From contig NW_024704742.1 in assembly GCF_018977255.1 (NCBI RefSeq), positions 85,066,001 through 85,130,000 on the forward strand: a DNA stretch of 64,000 nt. Reading direction: 5' to 3'. Below the pieces are notes generated by a model that worked only from the letters and a program-made list of their open reading frames with translations, searched no databases and was not told the DNA's origin. Below, one piece after another: positions 1 through 12,610 of this stretch. Position numbers and translations under genes: made by a program. This stretch comes from Callorhinchus milii. Taxonomy: Eukaryota. Within the stretch, counting starts at the first letter, position 1; each line of letters opens with the position of its first letter.

Positions 1-49
1 GAGATCAACCACAGTACACAGTGTGGTAGAGAGAGAGCAACCACAATAC

Positions 50-574
50 AACTACAACAACAAAATTGCATTTGTACAGTGCCTTTCACGTCGGGAGGAC
101 GTCCCAAGGCATTGGACAATGTACAGCATTTCAGACAAAAGCTGAGGTCAGTGGGGGAGAGGGGAGGGGGTGGTCGGCATGGTCAAAGAGGAGGGTCTTG
201 AGGCGGGACTTGAAGGAGGCTAAGGAGGGGGTGAGGCAGAGTGACTGGGGGATGGAATTCCAGAGGTTGAGGGCAGAGTGGCTGAAGGCTCTCCCGCCAA
301 TGGTGGGTCAGGGGACATGGAGCAGGCCAGAGCCGGCTTAGCGGAGGGAGCGGGCGGGTTGGTAGGGGGTTAGGAGGTCGCAGAGGTAGGATGGGGCGAG
401 GCCATGGAGGGCTTTATAGGTGAAGACCAGGATATTGATCTGGATCCTCTGAAGGATAGGGAGCCAATGGAGTCGGGGGAGATGGGGTCACGGAGTTTGG
501 TGCGGGAGGGGACACGGGCTGCAGAGTTCTGGATTATCTGCAGTCTGTGGAGGGAGGAGTTGGGAAGGCCGACA
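50..574 (-). mobile_element. L2-clade LINE 3' fragment
   Basis: The minus strand encodes VGLPNSSLHRLQIIQNSAAR (L2 ORF2 C-terminus). The L2 3' stem-loop and (TTG)n tail lie at about 50-120. Confidence 0.85.
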
Positions 575-2060
575 CACACAATACACAGTGTGTGTGTGTG
601 AGAGAGAGAGAGAGCAAACACAATACAGTGTGTGAGAGAGAACAACCACAATCCAGTGTGTGTGAGAGAGAGAGCAAACACAATACAGTGTGTGTGTGAG
701 AGAGAGAGAGCAACCATAATACAGTGTGTGAGAGAGAGAACAACCACAATCCAGTGTGTGTGAGAGAGAGAGTAACCACAATACACAGTGTGTGAGAGAG
801 CAACAAACAAGCACAGAGTAACCACAATACACAAACACAGTGTGCGAGAGAGAGCAACCACAGCACACAGTATGAGAGTGAGCAATATACAAAAACAGTG
901 TGAGAAAGCAGCACAGTGTGAAATCAATACACAGTGAGAGAGAACGCAACCCATGTGAGAGAGCAACTATAACACACAGTTTGTGTGTGAGAGGAAGCCA
1001 CAAACTCAGTTTGTGAAAGCAACTATAACTGTGTTTGTGTATTGCTCGCTCTCATACTGTGTGCTGTGGTTGCTCGACTATGCAAACTCACTGCTTGTCG
1101 GCCTCCCCGACTCCTCCCTCCATAGGCTTCAGATCATCCAGAACTCTGCAGCCCGTGTCCTCTCCCGCACTAGGCTCCGGGACCCTATCACCCCCATCCT
1201 CGCCCGACTCCACTGGCTTTCCATTACACAGAGGATACAGTTCAAGATCCTGGTCCTCACTTTCAAAGCCCTCCATGGTCTTGCTCACCCCCTACCTCTT
1301 CAACCTCCTAACCCCCCACCACCCTGTTCGCATCCTCCTCTCAGTAGGATCCAGCATGCTTCGCATCCCCCGCCTTGCTCGCCCCACTATCGGCGGGCGG
1401 GCCTTCTGCCACTCTGCCCCCACCATCTAGAACTCCATCCCCTGTCCCTCTGTCTCGCCCCCTCCCTTGCCACTTTCAAGACCCACCTCAACACCCTCCT
1501 CTTCGACCATGCTTTCGATCTCCCTGCTAACCCCACTGCCCTCCACCCTCCCTCACCCTGATCCTCAGCTCGGGTCCATAACTCTGTCTGTCCAACGCCT
1601 TGGGACATCCGTGAAAGGTGCTATACAAATGTATGGGAGCAATACACAGAGTGACAGAGAACAACAACACACAAGTGTGAGAGAGCAATGTGCAGAGTGA
1701 CAGAGCAATCACAACACAGAGTGAGAGAGCAACATGTATATCAAATGCAAGCATTATTATTATTTTATTATAGTGTATGTGAGCTACCATAACGCACACC
1801 CACAGTGTGAGACAACCACAACACAGTGAGAGCAACAAGCAGAGTGATAGTGCAATCACACACACACGGAGAGTGAGAGAGTAACCATAATACACACACC
1901 ACAACAGACACAGTGAGAGCAACCACAAAACCAAAACAGAGTGGAAGAGCAAGGCAGAAACACAGTGTGACTAACAATGTGACAGCAACACACAGTGTGA
2001 AAGCACAACACATACACAGTGTGAGTAACCACAACACACCCACTGAGTGCAACCACATCA
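575..2060. repeat. Degenerate GA/CA-rich minisatellite (unit like GAGAGAGAGCAACCACAATACACAGTGTGTGT), interrupted by an L2 at 1076-1632; also present at 1-50
   Basis: Repeated gagagcaaccacaatacacagtgtg units are directly visible. Confidence 0.85.
1076..1632 (+). mobile_element. L2-clade LINE 3' fragment
   Basis: Encodes DYANSLLVGLPDSSLHRLQIIQNSAARVLSRTRLRDPITPILARLHWL...FKILVLTFKALHGLA. Ends in the cgccttgggacatccgtgaaaggtgctatacaaat tail. Confidence 0.9.
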
Positions 2061-2579
2061 TCAACACCTGTATCCCATCCCGCCTCACTCTCTCCAGGAG
2101 CCTCCCAACCTCTCTCTGCCAGAGCCCTTCACCACCCCCCACCCCCCCCTCTCGCTCTTTCATCCCCCCTGACCCTCTCTCAGTTCTCCCCCTCCATCGC
2201 CCCATCCTCCTATTCTCTTTGGCTATCACCTCTTTCCTATGGCTTCTAATCCTCCCCTTTTCTCTCCAGCCCTAACCCATTTCTCTCTCCTAATCTAAGA
2301 TCACACCCTGTCACAAATTCATATATTCACATACATGTGAGGAAATGCAAAATGTATACATGTGAGAAAATATACTTTATGTACTCTTAATGGAGAAAGC
2401 CGTCTACAGTTTATTCTTTAGATTTGATATACTGTATAATGTGCCTAAATTCCATTATAGATAATACAACACGTTTGGCTGGGTGTTTGTCTTTTTTAGC
2501 TTGCTAAAACTCACCAGCTTATTTTAGATACCTGCACTTTTTAAGTCAACTTATGATTTATGAGCTTTGCCATATTATC

Positions 2580-2845
2580 CGACCGAAACATTGGGCAAGT
2601 TTCCTTACTCTACTCACCTCTGTTTACCTCGCAGTAAGTAGGAACCTGATTGTTAGTCAAATGGCAGATCGTCTTTCCAGGTGTAATAATTCCTTTTAAA
2701 AACAGAAAGTGTCACTCAATCCACAACTGTTTGTGGGACACTGCTGTGTGCAATTGGCTGCTGGGTTTCGCCCACAAAATTTATAGTAAATCCACTTTAC
2801 GGTACATTCTGTGAAGTGCTTTAAGAAATCTAGAAAATGTGATAC
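2580..2845 (+). mobile_element. tRNA-derived SINE, 5'-truncated copy
   Basis: Body sequence ttgggcaagtttccttactc...tgtttgtgggacactgctgtg is shared with the full copies at 21504 and 28300. Confidence 0.8.
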
Positions 2846-4074
2846 CGACTGGTATGATTCCAGATTTGAGTGCTGAATTAGCTAGTTTCACTTGCGGCAG
2901 AGGAGATGGGATGACGCTGTGGGCCTCAACCCCATGAAGTTAGAAGGGAAGGGGGAAGACAATCAGCCAATGCAATAAAGTGCTGTCGTCCCGTCTCCCC
3001 TCCCCCCAAGTGTGCATGGATGTTGGGTGACACAGAAGAAAAAAATGCAAAACGTATTTATGTAATCGTAGCTCTGACCACTCCGTATAGCGTGTACTGT
3101 GGGAAGTGGTTACAAAGTCTAAATGAATTGGAGCTCTGCTACTCTTAACCATCATGAATCTGCGAACAGTATAAAACAATAGACTGGCGTATTCATTGTG
3201 ATCAAGGAGAGGAAGCCTGCAATCTTGTTTCTTTTCGGAAACCAAATGCATTGAATTCCTGTTGTTATCAGCAGTGTACGATGGCACTTGTAACATGCTC
3301 CTCGTCTTTCACTCCTCCCTCAATCCTCTAGTCATGCGTGGAACAGACAACATGGGTTGAAATTATCCTGTCAGAATTCTTGAAACTAATAAAACCTAAT
3401 TTGTTGCATTTCTGCGCAGCATTTGTACAGCCACAGAAAGCCAAGTGGTCGAGATGGGCAGCATGATTATGAATTTTACATCTTGTCAGGCACTGGTTGA
3501 CAGCCATAGCTCAGTGGCATTACTTACTAGTGATTCTGGTTGACACTTGACTGATCCATTTTAATTTAACAGAGGTGATGCAGAGTTTACAAGCTGCACA
3601 CGAAACTCATTTTAGGGTAACAGGCAATGCATGCTGTGAATGTCATAATAGCACCCTCACATAAAACCATGAGATTTAATTTTATACTTAACTATGATTT
3701 GACTCAACTGCTTTAGTATTTATTTTTGTAAATCCCGCCACCATCAAGAATGATAGAGGTACGCTGCTGTTATTGAAACTGCTTTTTCTTGTTTCTTGTG
3801 CTCCTACTGGACTTCAACCTTGCCTTTTACCATAGAATATGGCATCTTGAAGCGCTTTGAGACGTCTTGAAGACCTGATAAGGCACTATGCAAGGATTAT
3901 TATTATTATTATTTTCTTCAACACCATTATTGTTCCCTGTCATACTGTCTCATTCTTTATTTGCTTTCGTGTTCACTGTTGCACTGATGACAGGCAGCCC
4001 AGCCAGCCTGGTTCATTGGTAGGACTTGTTGCATATCATCACCAGGGCCAAGGACACTTCCAACTCAGCTCCTG

Positions 4075-4430
4075 TTAACCTTGCAAGCCTAGGGTGAAAC
4101 AGGTAGAGGAGTCCTAGCTGGACAAGCAGCCGGAAACCTTGTCAGATACTACTTTCAATGGCAACTTATGCAATTTTAGCTGGTGAAATCCAGCAGTCCC
4201 CCAACGTATACTGTAGGCCTTTGCTCTTGTCGGCCTGTGCCTAATTTTCTCCGAAATTAGGTAAGCAGGATATGTCCCTCCAAGGAGAGAGAGCACATTC
4301 CATTCCAATACACATGAATTTCTATGTCCTGATGGGAGGCATAGAACTCGTATTTGGTTTGGATGCTCTTTTAAGCACAGTGGTGGGTTTCCTCATGTGT
4401 CAAGGTACCTGGCTGACCCCCAAAAATCCA
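4075..4430 (-). repeat. Unclassified dispersed repeat, copy 1 (inverted relative to 39775-40092)
   Basis: The reverse complement aligns by eye with 39775-40092, e.g. ttggaatggaat..ctctctcc.tggagggaca..tcctgctta.ctaatt. Confidence 0.8.
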
Positions 4431-6059
4431 TCCTTCCAATCTTGACCTGTGTTTGGAGGAACTAGATGGATTTTTTTAACACACATAGGGCAACTCCAAT
4501 ATAAGAGTTTGCTTATAAAGCAGAGGAACAGCACCTGGTATGAAGCAGCCATGTTTATACATACACATGTACACACATATAACAGAAGGGTAAACGTTGG
4601 GTCCTGAGACCAATTTAAGATGACAAATTAAGAGTATTGAGATGTATTGACTTAAGTGTGATTGTTTTCTCCCCCCACCACTTGGTGCCAAGTAACTTTG
4701 GCAACAAAACAGACCTGAGCAGCTCTAAAGCTGACGCTCAGCTTGTGAAATGTGTTGATAGTATGGGGGGGGGAGGAAACGTTTTACATTCTAGAAAACA
4801 TTCTTTGTATGTTATGTTAATCTTACAGGAAGGAATTCCAATATATTACCCAGATCAACTGGTGCTTCTGTTTAGTAGTGCCAAGGATAACATGCTGAGC
4901 AGCGTCGCCAAATATACCACATGCCTGCCTCTTCAACAAGTAGTGCTCATATCTTTTTTTTCTTTGTGCAACCGAGAATTAATATCTTGAACATGAAGCT
5001 ACAGGCAATGTAGGGAAATATTAATCTGCTTATATCTACTATTGAAGATGAGGGCTGGCTGTGGAACAGTGTATCTATCTCTTATTTGAAAAGCGCTGTA
5101 TAAGTATTAATTATTATTACATCGAGTATAGTCTAGATGTCAATCTATTGCGAGACTGATGCTGTCCATTGAAACCCACCCTCAGTATTCTTACAGGGCT
5201 TATTAATTGCATTGCTATTGCATTGCTCCAGCTGTATTGCTATTAGGAACAGGGAAACTGATTTAACTTGCCAATTCCAAACTCACATCCTGCACTGAAG
5301 ATACAGGTGTAGGGATCTAGTAGTTACCATCAGTGTTAACAACTCCCACCAAGGCAGAAGTGGTGAGAGGGAACCCGCCAGAGAGTCCACGTTGCCTGCT
5401 GCTGACAATGGAACCTCAGAATGGCGGTGCAGTGCCACTGCTCAGGTTAATGGTGAAGACAAGTTAAACAGCTTCATTATTTGGTTCAGACATTGTTAGG
5501 GAAATGAGTCCCACATTAGAAATAATGTTTCTTTGGGGAATGGGGCCCACATTGGAAATTACAGTACCTTAAAATGTGGAATATGAACCTTGATAAACAG
5601 GGGACAAGCAATCTAATAATACTCTAACACCTCTATTGATTTTGTGGAATGTACACTTTGGGACCAGGAACATGGACCACAATGGTCTTTTCTACTCTTA
5701 CACATTCCTGTGTTCTGACTGCTGTTGGGAAAACATGAAAAAATGTACTTTAGCCATTAACTAGAATGAACCTGTCAGGTCAGCCGAAGGTTTAATCCTT
5801 TCATTTTTACCAGGAAATAGTATTTAAAATGTACTTCATGCAGACTGACTCTTGCAGTTATTTCCTTATATCCTCTCACTCTGCGTATTGTGCTTAATGG
5901 CCAGTATCTTGCGTAGCTGCTATGGCTAACCTGCCATGTCTCTGCTTGGTGTAGAGGCAAGCGACTGATGCTGATGTGTCATTGAATGAACACTTGGCTG
6001 AAGCAATGAAGGTACTCTATTCATGTATGCTCCACCTTAGGACAGAAAGATATTGAGCG

Positions 6060-6275
6060 ACTCAGAATCCTACAGCACAGAAGGAGGCCATTCGGCCCAT
6101 TGTGCCTGTGCCTACTCTTTGAAAGAGCTCGCTTTTTCATCATAGCCTTGCAATTTTTTTTATTTTCCAGTTCTCCTTGAAAGTTATTATTGAATCTGCT
6201 TCCACCACCCTTTCAGACAGTGAATCAGGTCATAACAATTCACTGCGTTTATATAAAAAAACATTCTCCCCATTG
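6060..6275 (-). mobile_element. CR1-clade LINE 3' end fragment
   Basis: acagcacagaaggaggccattcggcccattgtgcc...gaatctgcttccaccaccctttcag is the same 3' end type as the copy at 60790. Confidence 0.7.
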
Positions 6276-7513
6276 GTTCTTTGACTCAATCAGCTTTGTT
6301 TTAAACTTGATGAGAAATTGAGCAAATATTGACTATGATTATTCTGTGGGAAAGTTAGTGCTTTGCTATGGAAATTGAGTATCTTTAGACTTACAAAAGC
6401 TGCTCACTGGAAGTATTCCATAACATTGTTTTTTCCCCTTACTCCTCTAACTTTCCTGACAGATAGTTCCTATCGTATGTCTTGACATTGTTGGTATAAA
6501 GGAACGGCTGGAATGGAACTAACCACTCTGCTGAGCCTGACGTAAGGTGCGGCCAGACTGGAATTATGGTTAACTTAGACTGTGTCACTATGGTGACAGA
6601 CACGCACCGACCGGGAAAGGATTCTCTTGGTTTGAGAGTGCTGGTGGCGGTTGTTGAGTCCACTGTAGTTTGAGAGCACCGATACCAAACATTGAATTAT
6701 TCAGTCAGTGGAGTCTTTAGGTGATTTCCCTTTCTGCTTGAACATCTGAACTTCGAGTGGGAGGTCTGCTCTTGTGGATTGTGGCAAAGGCGGCTCTGCT
6801 TTCCTGTATGTCTGAACCTTTATGATGACAATGCGCTGTTTCTCGTACTTCCCTAATCACAACACCAGCACCAAACGTCTTCCTATCTTACATCCCATAT
6901 TGAAAGTTCAGCATGTGAGCCCATTTTACAACTTTGCATAACTACCTTCTCACAGATGTGACTGTCAATACATACAATGTGACAATGAATATATAAACCA
7001 ATTATTATGAGAACATTATTGCACACCTCGGTCGGAATAACAACGCATTCAGCTGACAGCTGCATAAACCTCTGATTGTCCAGCGCTCTGGGACGTCTTC
7101 CTGATGTGAAGGGCCCTATACAAGTATAATTTGTTGTTGTTGAATACAGTTCAAACAAACCTTGTTTTGTTACATTCTGTACACCATCAGCTCTACCTTA
7201 CAGCAACAATAAGCGGGATTATATTTCACAACAAGGTACTGTAAAAATGCAAGTTTTTTTTTGCCTGTGCGGTTTCTCTTCATATGTGAACCCTGGACTG
7301 TGAATGTCATACTGTTATTTGTCCATGGAGAGGAACACAACAAGCTTGATCCTGTCCCTGCTCTAGATAAGGACAGATACTTTTCAGCAGGGGTTTCCTC
7401 AATGGTGATTTAGGAGGGGAGTCTGGCTCAATTTTTCTTTCTCGGCTTCTCAGCAAGAATCAGTGTAGCGAAAGTACTGTTGTGATCACTGTGAGCAACT
7501 GAGAATAATAGCA

Positions 7514-7838
7514 AAATAATAATAATCCTTGCATTTGATATAGCGCTTTGAGACATCTCGAAGACATGAATATACTCTAAAGTGAATTGATTTTATATTT
7601 TGTGGGTGAAACGCAGCAGTCAAATTGCGCACAGAGGTGTCCCACGAACAGTCGTGGATTGAGTGACCGATTTATTATTATTTTTTTGAAGGAATCATAA
7701 CAACCGGGTTCCTACTTACTGCTAGGTAAACAGAAGCATGTGGAGCAAAGAAACTTGCCCAACATTTCGCCCTCCCGGAAATCAAACCCAGGTCTCTTAC
7801 CTGCGAGGCGAGTGCTCTAACCACTGAGCTTCAGGACA
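7514..7838 (-). mobile_element. tRNA-derived SINE, full length
   Basis: (AAT)n tail at 7514. Head gcgagtgctctaaccactgagc at about 7808-7830. The hairpin interior is inverted (see findings). Confidence 0.9.
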
Positions 7839-8047
7839 ATTATTTGTAATAGCAGCTGGGTTTTCAACATTTCCAGAGTCTCTCCTGGTGTCCAGGCCAA
7901 CATTCCCCCAAATAAAATTGTTCATTCACTTATGGTTGTTTGTGGGCAATGCTGTGTGCAAATTGGCTGCCGCACATTCGCAAAATAAGCATAGTTACAC
8001 CACTTTACAATATATCTTGTGAGGCTTATTGCGACGTCTTGACGTGA

Positions 8048-8258
8048 GTCCCTCCGCCTCGCCCCCTCCCTTGCCTCCTGCAAGACCCATCTCAAGACCC
8101 TCCTTTTCGACCGTTCTTTCAATCACCCCGCTTTCCCCCTGCCCTCCACCCTCCTCAATCCCGCCCACCAGCTCGGGTCCGAAACACTGACTGTCCAGCG
8201 CCTTGGGACATCCTCCTGACATGAAAGGTGCTTTACAATGTAATTTTGTTGTTGTTGT
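8048..8258 (+). mobile_element. L2 3' fragment nested in a SINE tail (host SINE about 7925-8292)
   Basis: L2 tail cagcgccttgggacatcctcctgacatgaaaggtgct...(TTG)n. The SINE tail resumes at gataaggcgctgtatcaaacgctaggattatt. Confidence 0.8.
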
Positions 8259-11200
8259 GATAAGGCGCTGTATCAAACGCTAGGATTATTACATTATCAC
8301 CTAATTAATGGAACCAGGTCAATATGATACATTACCATACCATATAACACATTCAGCCTCTCGGGCATCAAGGGAGCTCTGTAAGAAAGATGTTTTTATT
8401 ATAGAAATAGGAAAAATATAATAAATATAACTATTTTTATACCGCCTTGTACTGCTTTACACAAACTGCTCAGAGACCTTCACAGGAAAATACTATCCAG
8501 TATAAGTGACTTTTTATAGATAGAAGTAGGGGTCATTGGTGCACAGCGAAGGGGCAGGAATGAGGTGAATGACAAATTTACCTGGAGGATTGTTGGCCAG
8601 AACAGTATCTGAGGGATGGGATTTTTGACAGCTCTGCGCACTGTGCTGAAGTTTGAACCTGGTCCACAAAATCAAGTTTCGCAGTGGGACAATCTTGATT
8701 CAGAGATGAGAACGTTAGGCTGACACAGTGTAGCAACCTAGCAACGCTATACCTTATAAAGTCAAACATTCTTGGAAATCATTATCTCAACTGCAAAAAT
8801 AGATATATAATAATCCTTGTATTTTATATAACGCCTTATCTCGTCATTGAGATATCTCTCAAAGCTTCACAGGAAATGCTGTAAAGTGGATTGACTGTAT
8901 TTTGCGGGCAGAATGTTATGCATGATTCATTTTTTTTATTGTGACTTTTTTGAAAAACTTTTTTTGAGCTTTGAAAAATAGTACCCTGCAGTGAAGAGAT
9001 TATGAGATAATGACTTAAAAGGTTGACCAGGTCTTTGCAGATCATTCTGAGAAATAATTAATCCCATCAAAATGTTTGTTTCTTGGACAATGACTGTAGT
9101 GTCCTGAAATGTTCCTCAAATCCCAGATGAGAAATGACTTGGAACAGGAAGTAATGTGAACTGGATAGGGTCATGCATACAATGACAAAGACATTTCAGG
9201 TCCTGTGCCACATAACTGGTCTTCAGTTTCTATTAATCTTTAATAAGTGGAATTTCACTTGTTGTGTTAATCTGGGTTTTGATTTAGTATTGATAAAGTG
9301 GTGCCAAATACCTTCAGGTCCTATGTTATTGTATTGTTTCATAACCTGATTTCCCCTAAGCGTGGCCTCCACTACTCTCAGCACATTTGCCAGACAACAG
9401 CAAGAAAGCTTAAAAAGCGAGTGTTAATATTTGAAAACAAATTAGACATTTGAGTACAGTAAACATACACCAGCATATGTCTGGCAGAGAGTTTAAAGCA
9501 GTAATTTGATCCGTGGTTTCTTTTGATCATATGCCAAGTTTTTGGTCTCATGGTTTCTGACTTTGCACACAGCGCTTGGCTGAATTATTGCCTTGTAACA
9601 CACTACCAGCCATCTATTATCCCCGTGAAGAAGGTCTGGCATTATTAAATGATGCGGTAGGTACAGTCAATTAAATCTATACTCCCAGACAGAGGCTGTG
9701 AAGCAGAAACAGTTGAATTTTGTTTGGGTTTTATTCTACCGAGGCTTCTAAAGTGGAGCTGCTTGTAAATCCAGATAATTGGAAACTTTAATGGAATTTT
9801 AAAGAATATGCTTACATTGGAAGAGAGCCTCGTTTTAACTTTGGTTGACATTAACTTAAAGCTTGATCTGTGGTTGATGTGGAGAGGTGAAGAAGCAAAG
9901 ATTCTCTGAAACTTTTTTGTATTTAAAAATAAACTTTTCTAAAAACAATTAATTAATAAACAAGTCTATTTATGAACCTATAAGGTGCTAATTTTCAGTG
10001 AGATGAATGTATTAATTAAAAACATCCCAGTGTTGTTTTTGATATCCCAACTCACACTTTAAGAATCCTCTCAGTTTCACAGAGTGCTAATTAAATTCTT
10101 TACCTTTTTTGCCCCCTGGACCACAATTAACAGGTTTAGAAATCACTACGCATTTGTTTCGTGCCTCTGTCTCATGAGCTGTGACTCATGGGCAGAGAGA
10201 TATGGGCTATATGAGCGTACAGAAACCTGAGCCATGGAATGAAATGACCATACCCTGTAGAGGCTTACTGAGTAGTTTTAAATTGTATCTGGTAGAGTAT
10301 CAATGCACTTTCAACTGCAGATACCCAATACCGCTGCCACCTGCCAGGTCCGACAAGTGGCATCTGATATCATTACATTCCTAATTCAGACCTCTGAAAA
10401 TGAGCAGTGCACTCGAGGAGCACTACTGAAAAATAAATAACAGCAATATTTCACTGCCATTTCGACTCTCAGGAAAACAATGCTATTGTAAAAGCCATTT
10501 TTTACTTTGTGATTTTATGGATTTTTATTCTCTTTGCTCATGTGGGAACACGGCCAATGGAGATGATCCATTTTGACTTCCAAACCGTGGATTCTGATGC
10601 TCCAACAGAGGTGAAGACTGTACATTTGGTTTTAAAAATGTATATCTTGCTGGGATAAGTCAGCCGATTCAATGTCTGGATTGGGAACTGCAGAATCTTA
10701 GCCCATTGGTACAATCATTCTGGTGCGATCTTTCTGAATGTTGTTTCACTTTGTGTTCGTTGATATGTAGAATAGGAGAGAGAAAGAGAATGAAGTTACT
10801 GAGATATATAATTTACTGCCTCCCTCCCAGTAGCCGTTTCTCAGGGCTGGGCATCTTAGATGTATTATAGAGCCTTTTACCCCCAGAAAGTTTCAGAAAC
10901 CCAACTTCATTACATGACCAATCCTATCAAAAGAGACATTTGACTGAGGTGATGCTCTTGATCCTAGGAATCTAGGTTGTTATAAGAAATAGTTTTTTAA
11001 GTTGTACTCAATATCAATAATTAATTATACTGATTGTGGTACAGGAACAATAAACGTTTCCCTATTATAGTCAGTGCAAACTTGTATAACTTCACAATGG
11101 CTGATATTTAAGTGAGGATTTGTGGAATCTATGTGACAGTGTTTCGCAATTAATTTCTCCACTTTAGAGATACCGATTGCAGCCCCAACCCAGACCAGTT

Positions 11201-12279
11201 CCTTCATCGGCAGAATTATTCTAGAAATCTAATATCTGTCATGATGAGATAAAAAGTCTCCTGAAATCGTGTTCCGCAAATCAAACGTAATGACAAAAGT
11301 TCAGATATTTATTATCTTTCATCCGGACGATGCAATGGGCCGTTCATATTTTTATTTAATTGAATATTACACAGTTAAATGTTGAAGGATTGGCTTATTG
11401 CCCCCTCTCCCAATCCAGTCATAAAAGTTTTTAAGTTTGAAAGTACTGTAGTTTTCACAGTACTTTCAAACTCATGTAGTTCCCCACCACATACAATTTT
11501 TTTTCTCAAGAGTAATTTTGATTTCTGTGAACAAGCGTTAACCTATTTGAGATATGAAAGTAGTTAATGTTTTGTTTCTCTATTTATAAGACCGGTAGAT
11601 AACCATGCGAATGCTAGTTGTGTAAACTGATGTTAGGTTTTGGTCAGGCGTGAGAAGAGGCTTTGCGCTTTTGAAACTGACTAGAACATTTTCACATTAC
11701 ACATGCATCTCACCTACGAGGCTGATTTGTCACCCGTGACTGCTGAATGCTTTGACAAGTAAGTGGAGAGATTTTTCCCGAGTTAGAGTGCTATGTTCTG
11801 TCCCTAACACATCATTTTAAAAATAATTTGAGGAGAGGGTGTCAAAGACCAGAGTTTAGAGATGTAAACCATTGTTTGGTATGACAGGAATTCTACCACA
11901 GATAACAGTCTAATTCTGTTCTCAATACATGATTTGTATTGTCGGCCTTGGTTATTCATCTTTTTGTGAAACAGATGTATATAATTCGTTTGTGAATTTG
12001 CAACATGGGAATTGCTCATTGTCTGACCACTTCAATGAACAGGGTTATTTTGTTTGCCAATTTTCTTTCTTTTGAAGTCATTGGTCCCATCTGTGCTGTG
12101 TTCAGAAATTGGAGCAATGCAGTGCTAGTCTTAGCCTTAAATTGGCCTTCGTATCCCTGAGCTACAAAGCTGATATTGCAGCCATGGTTTCTCACTCTTG
12201 TGCGTGGTTTAATGCTCCCTGCCATACTCCATGGACTGCCAACATTTGCTGTCTCAGCTTGAATAAGAAGTAATAATAA

Positions 12280-12610
12280 ATTGGCTTAATTGATCACACT
12301 TTTGTCTCTGAATCAAGAGTTTGTGTGTTCAAGACCCATGTCAGGACTTGGAGTTCACAGGCTGTACTGGGAGCGCGCTGCATTGTCAGAAATACCGTCT
12401 TTTGGTGAGATGTTAAGCCAAGACCTTTGTCTCTTCGTGCAGATGTTAAAGATCCCACAACACAATTTGAAAAGAGAAGTGTTTTAGTGTCCTTTCATGG
12501 CTCTTTGTGAAACAACAAATTTGCTGCTGAATTATCTACAAATACACAGTGACTACACTTTCCTTTGCGACATTTTGATATTATAAGCACTGCATAAATG
12601 CAAGGAATAT
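12280..12610 (+). mobile_element. DeuSINE-like element (degenerate)
   Basis: gtactgggagcgcgctgcattgtcagaaataccgtcttttggtgagatgttaagccaag...gttaaagatccca resembles the Deu domain (SacSINE1/AmnSINE1 type). Confidence 0.65.

Noticed and set aside
575..1075. CRISPR-like repeat array
   Set aside because: Degenerate tandem units with no unique spacers, in a vertebrate context with no cas genes.
2850..2975. Ancient SINE-like fragments (gagttagctg motif; also about 7350, 37170, 59100, 62450)
   Set aside because: Probably one old repeat family, but too degenerate to delimit or name.
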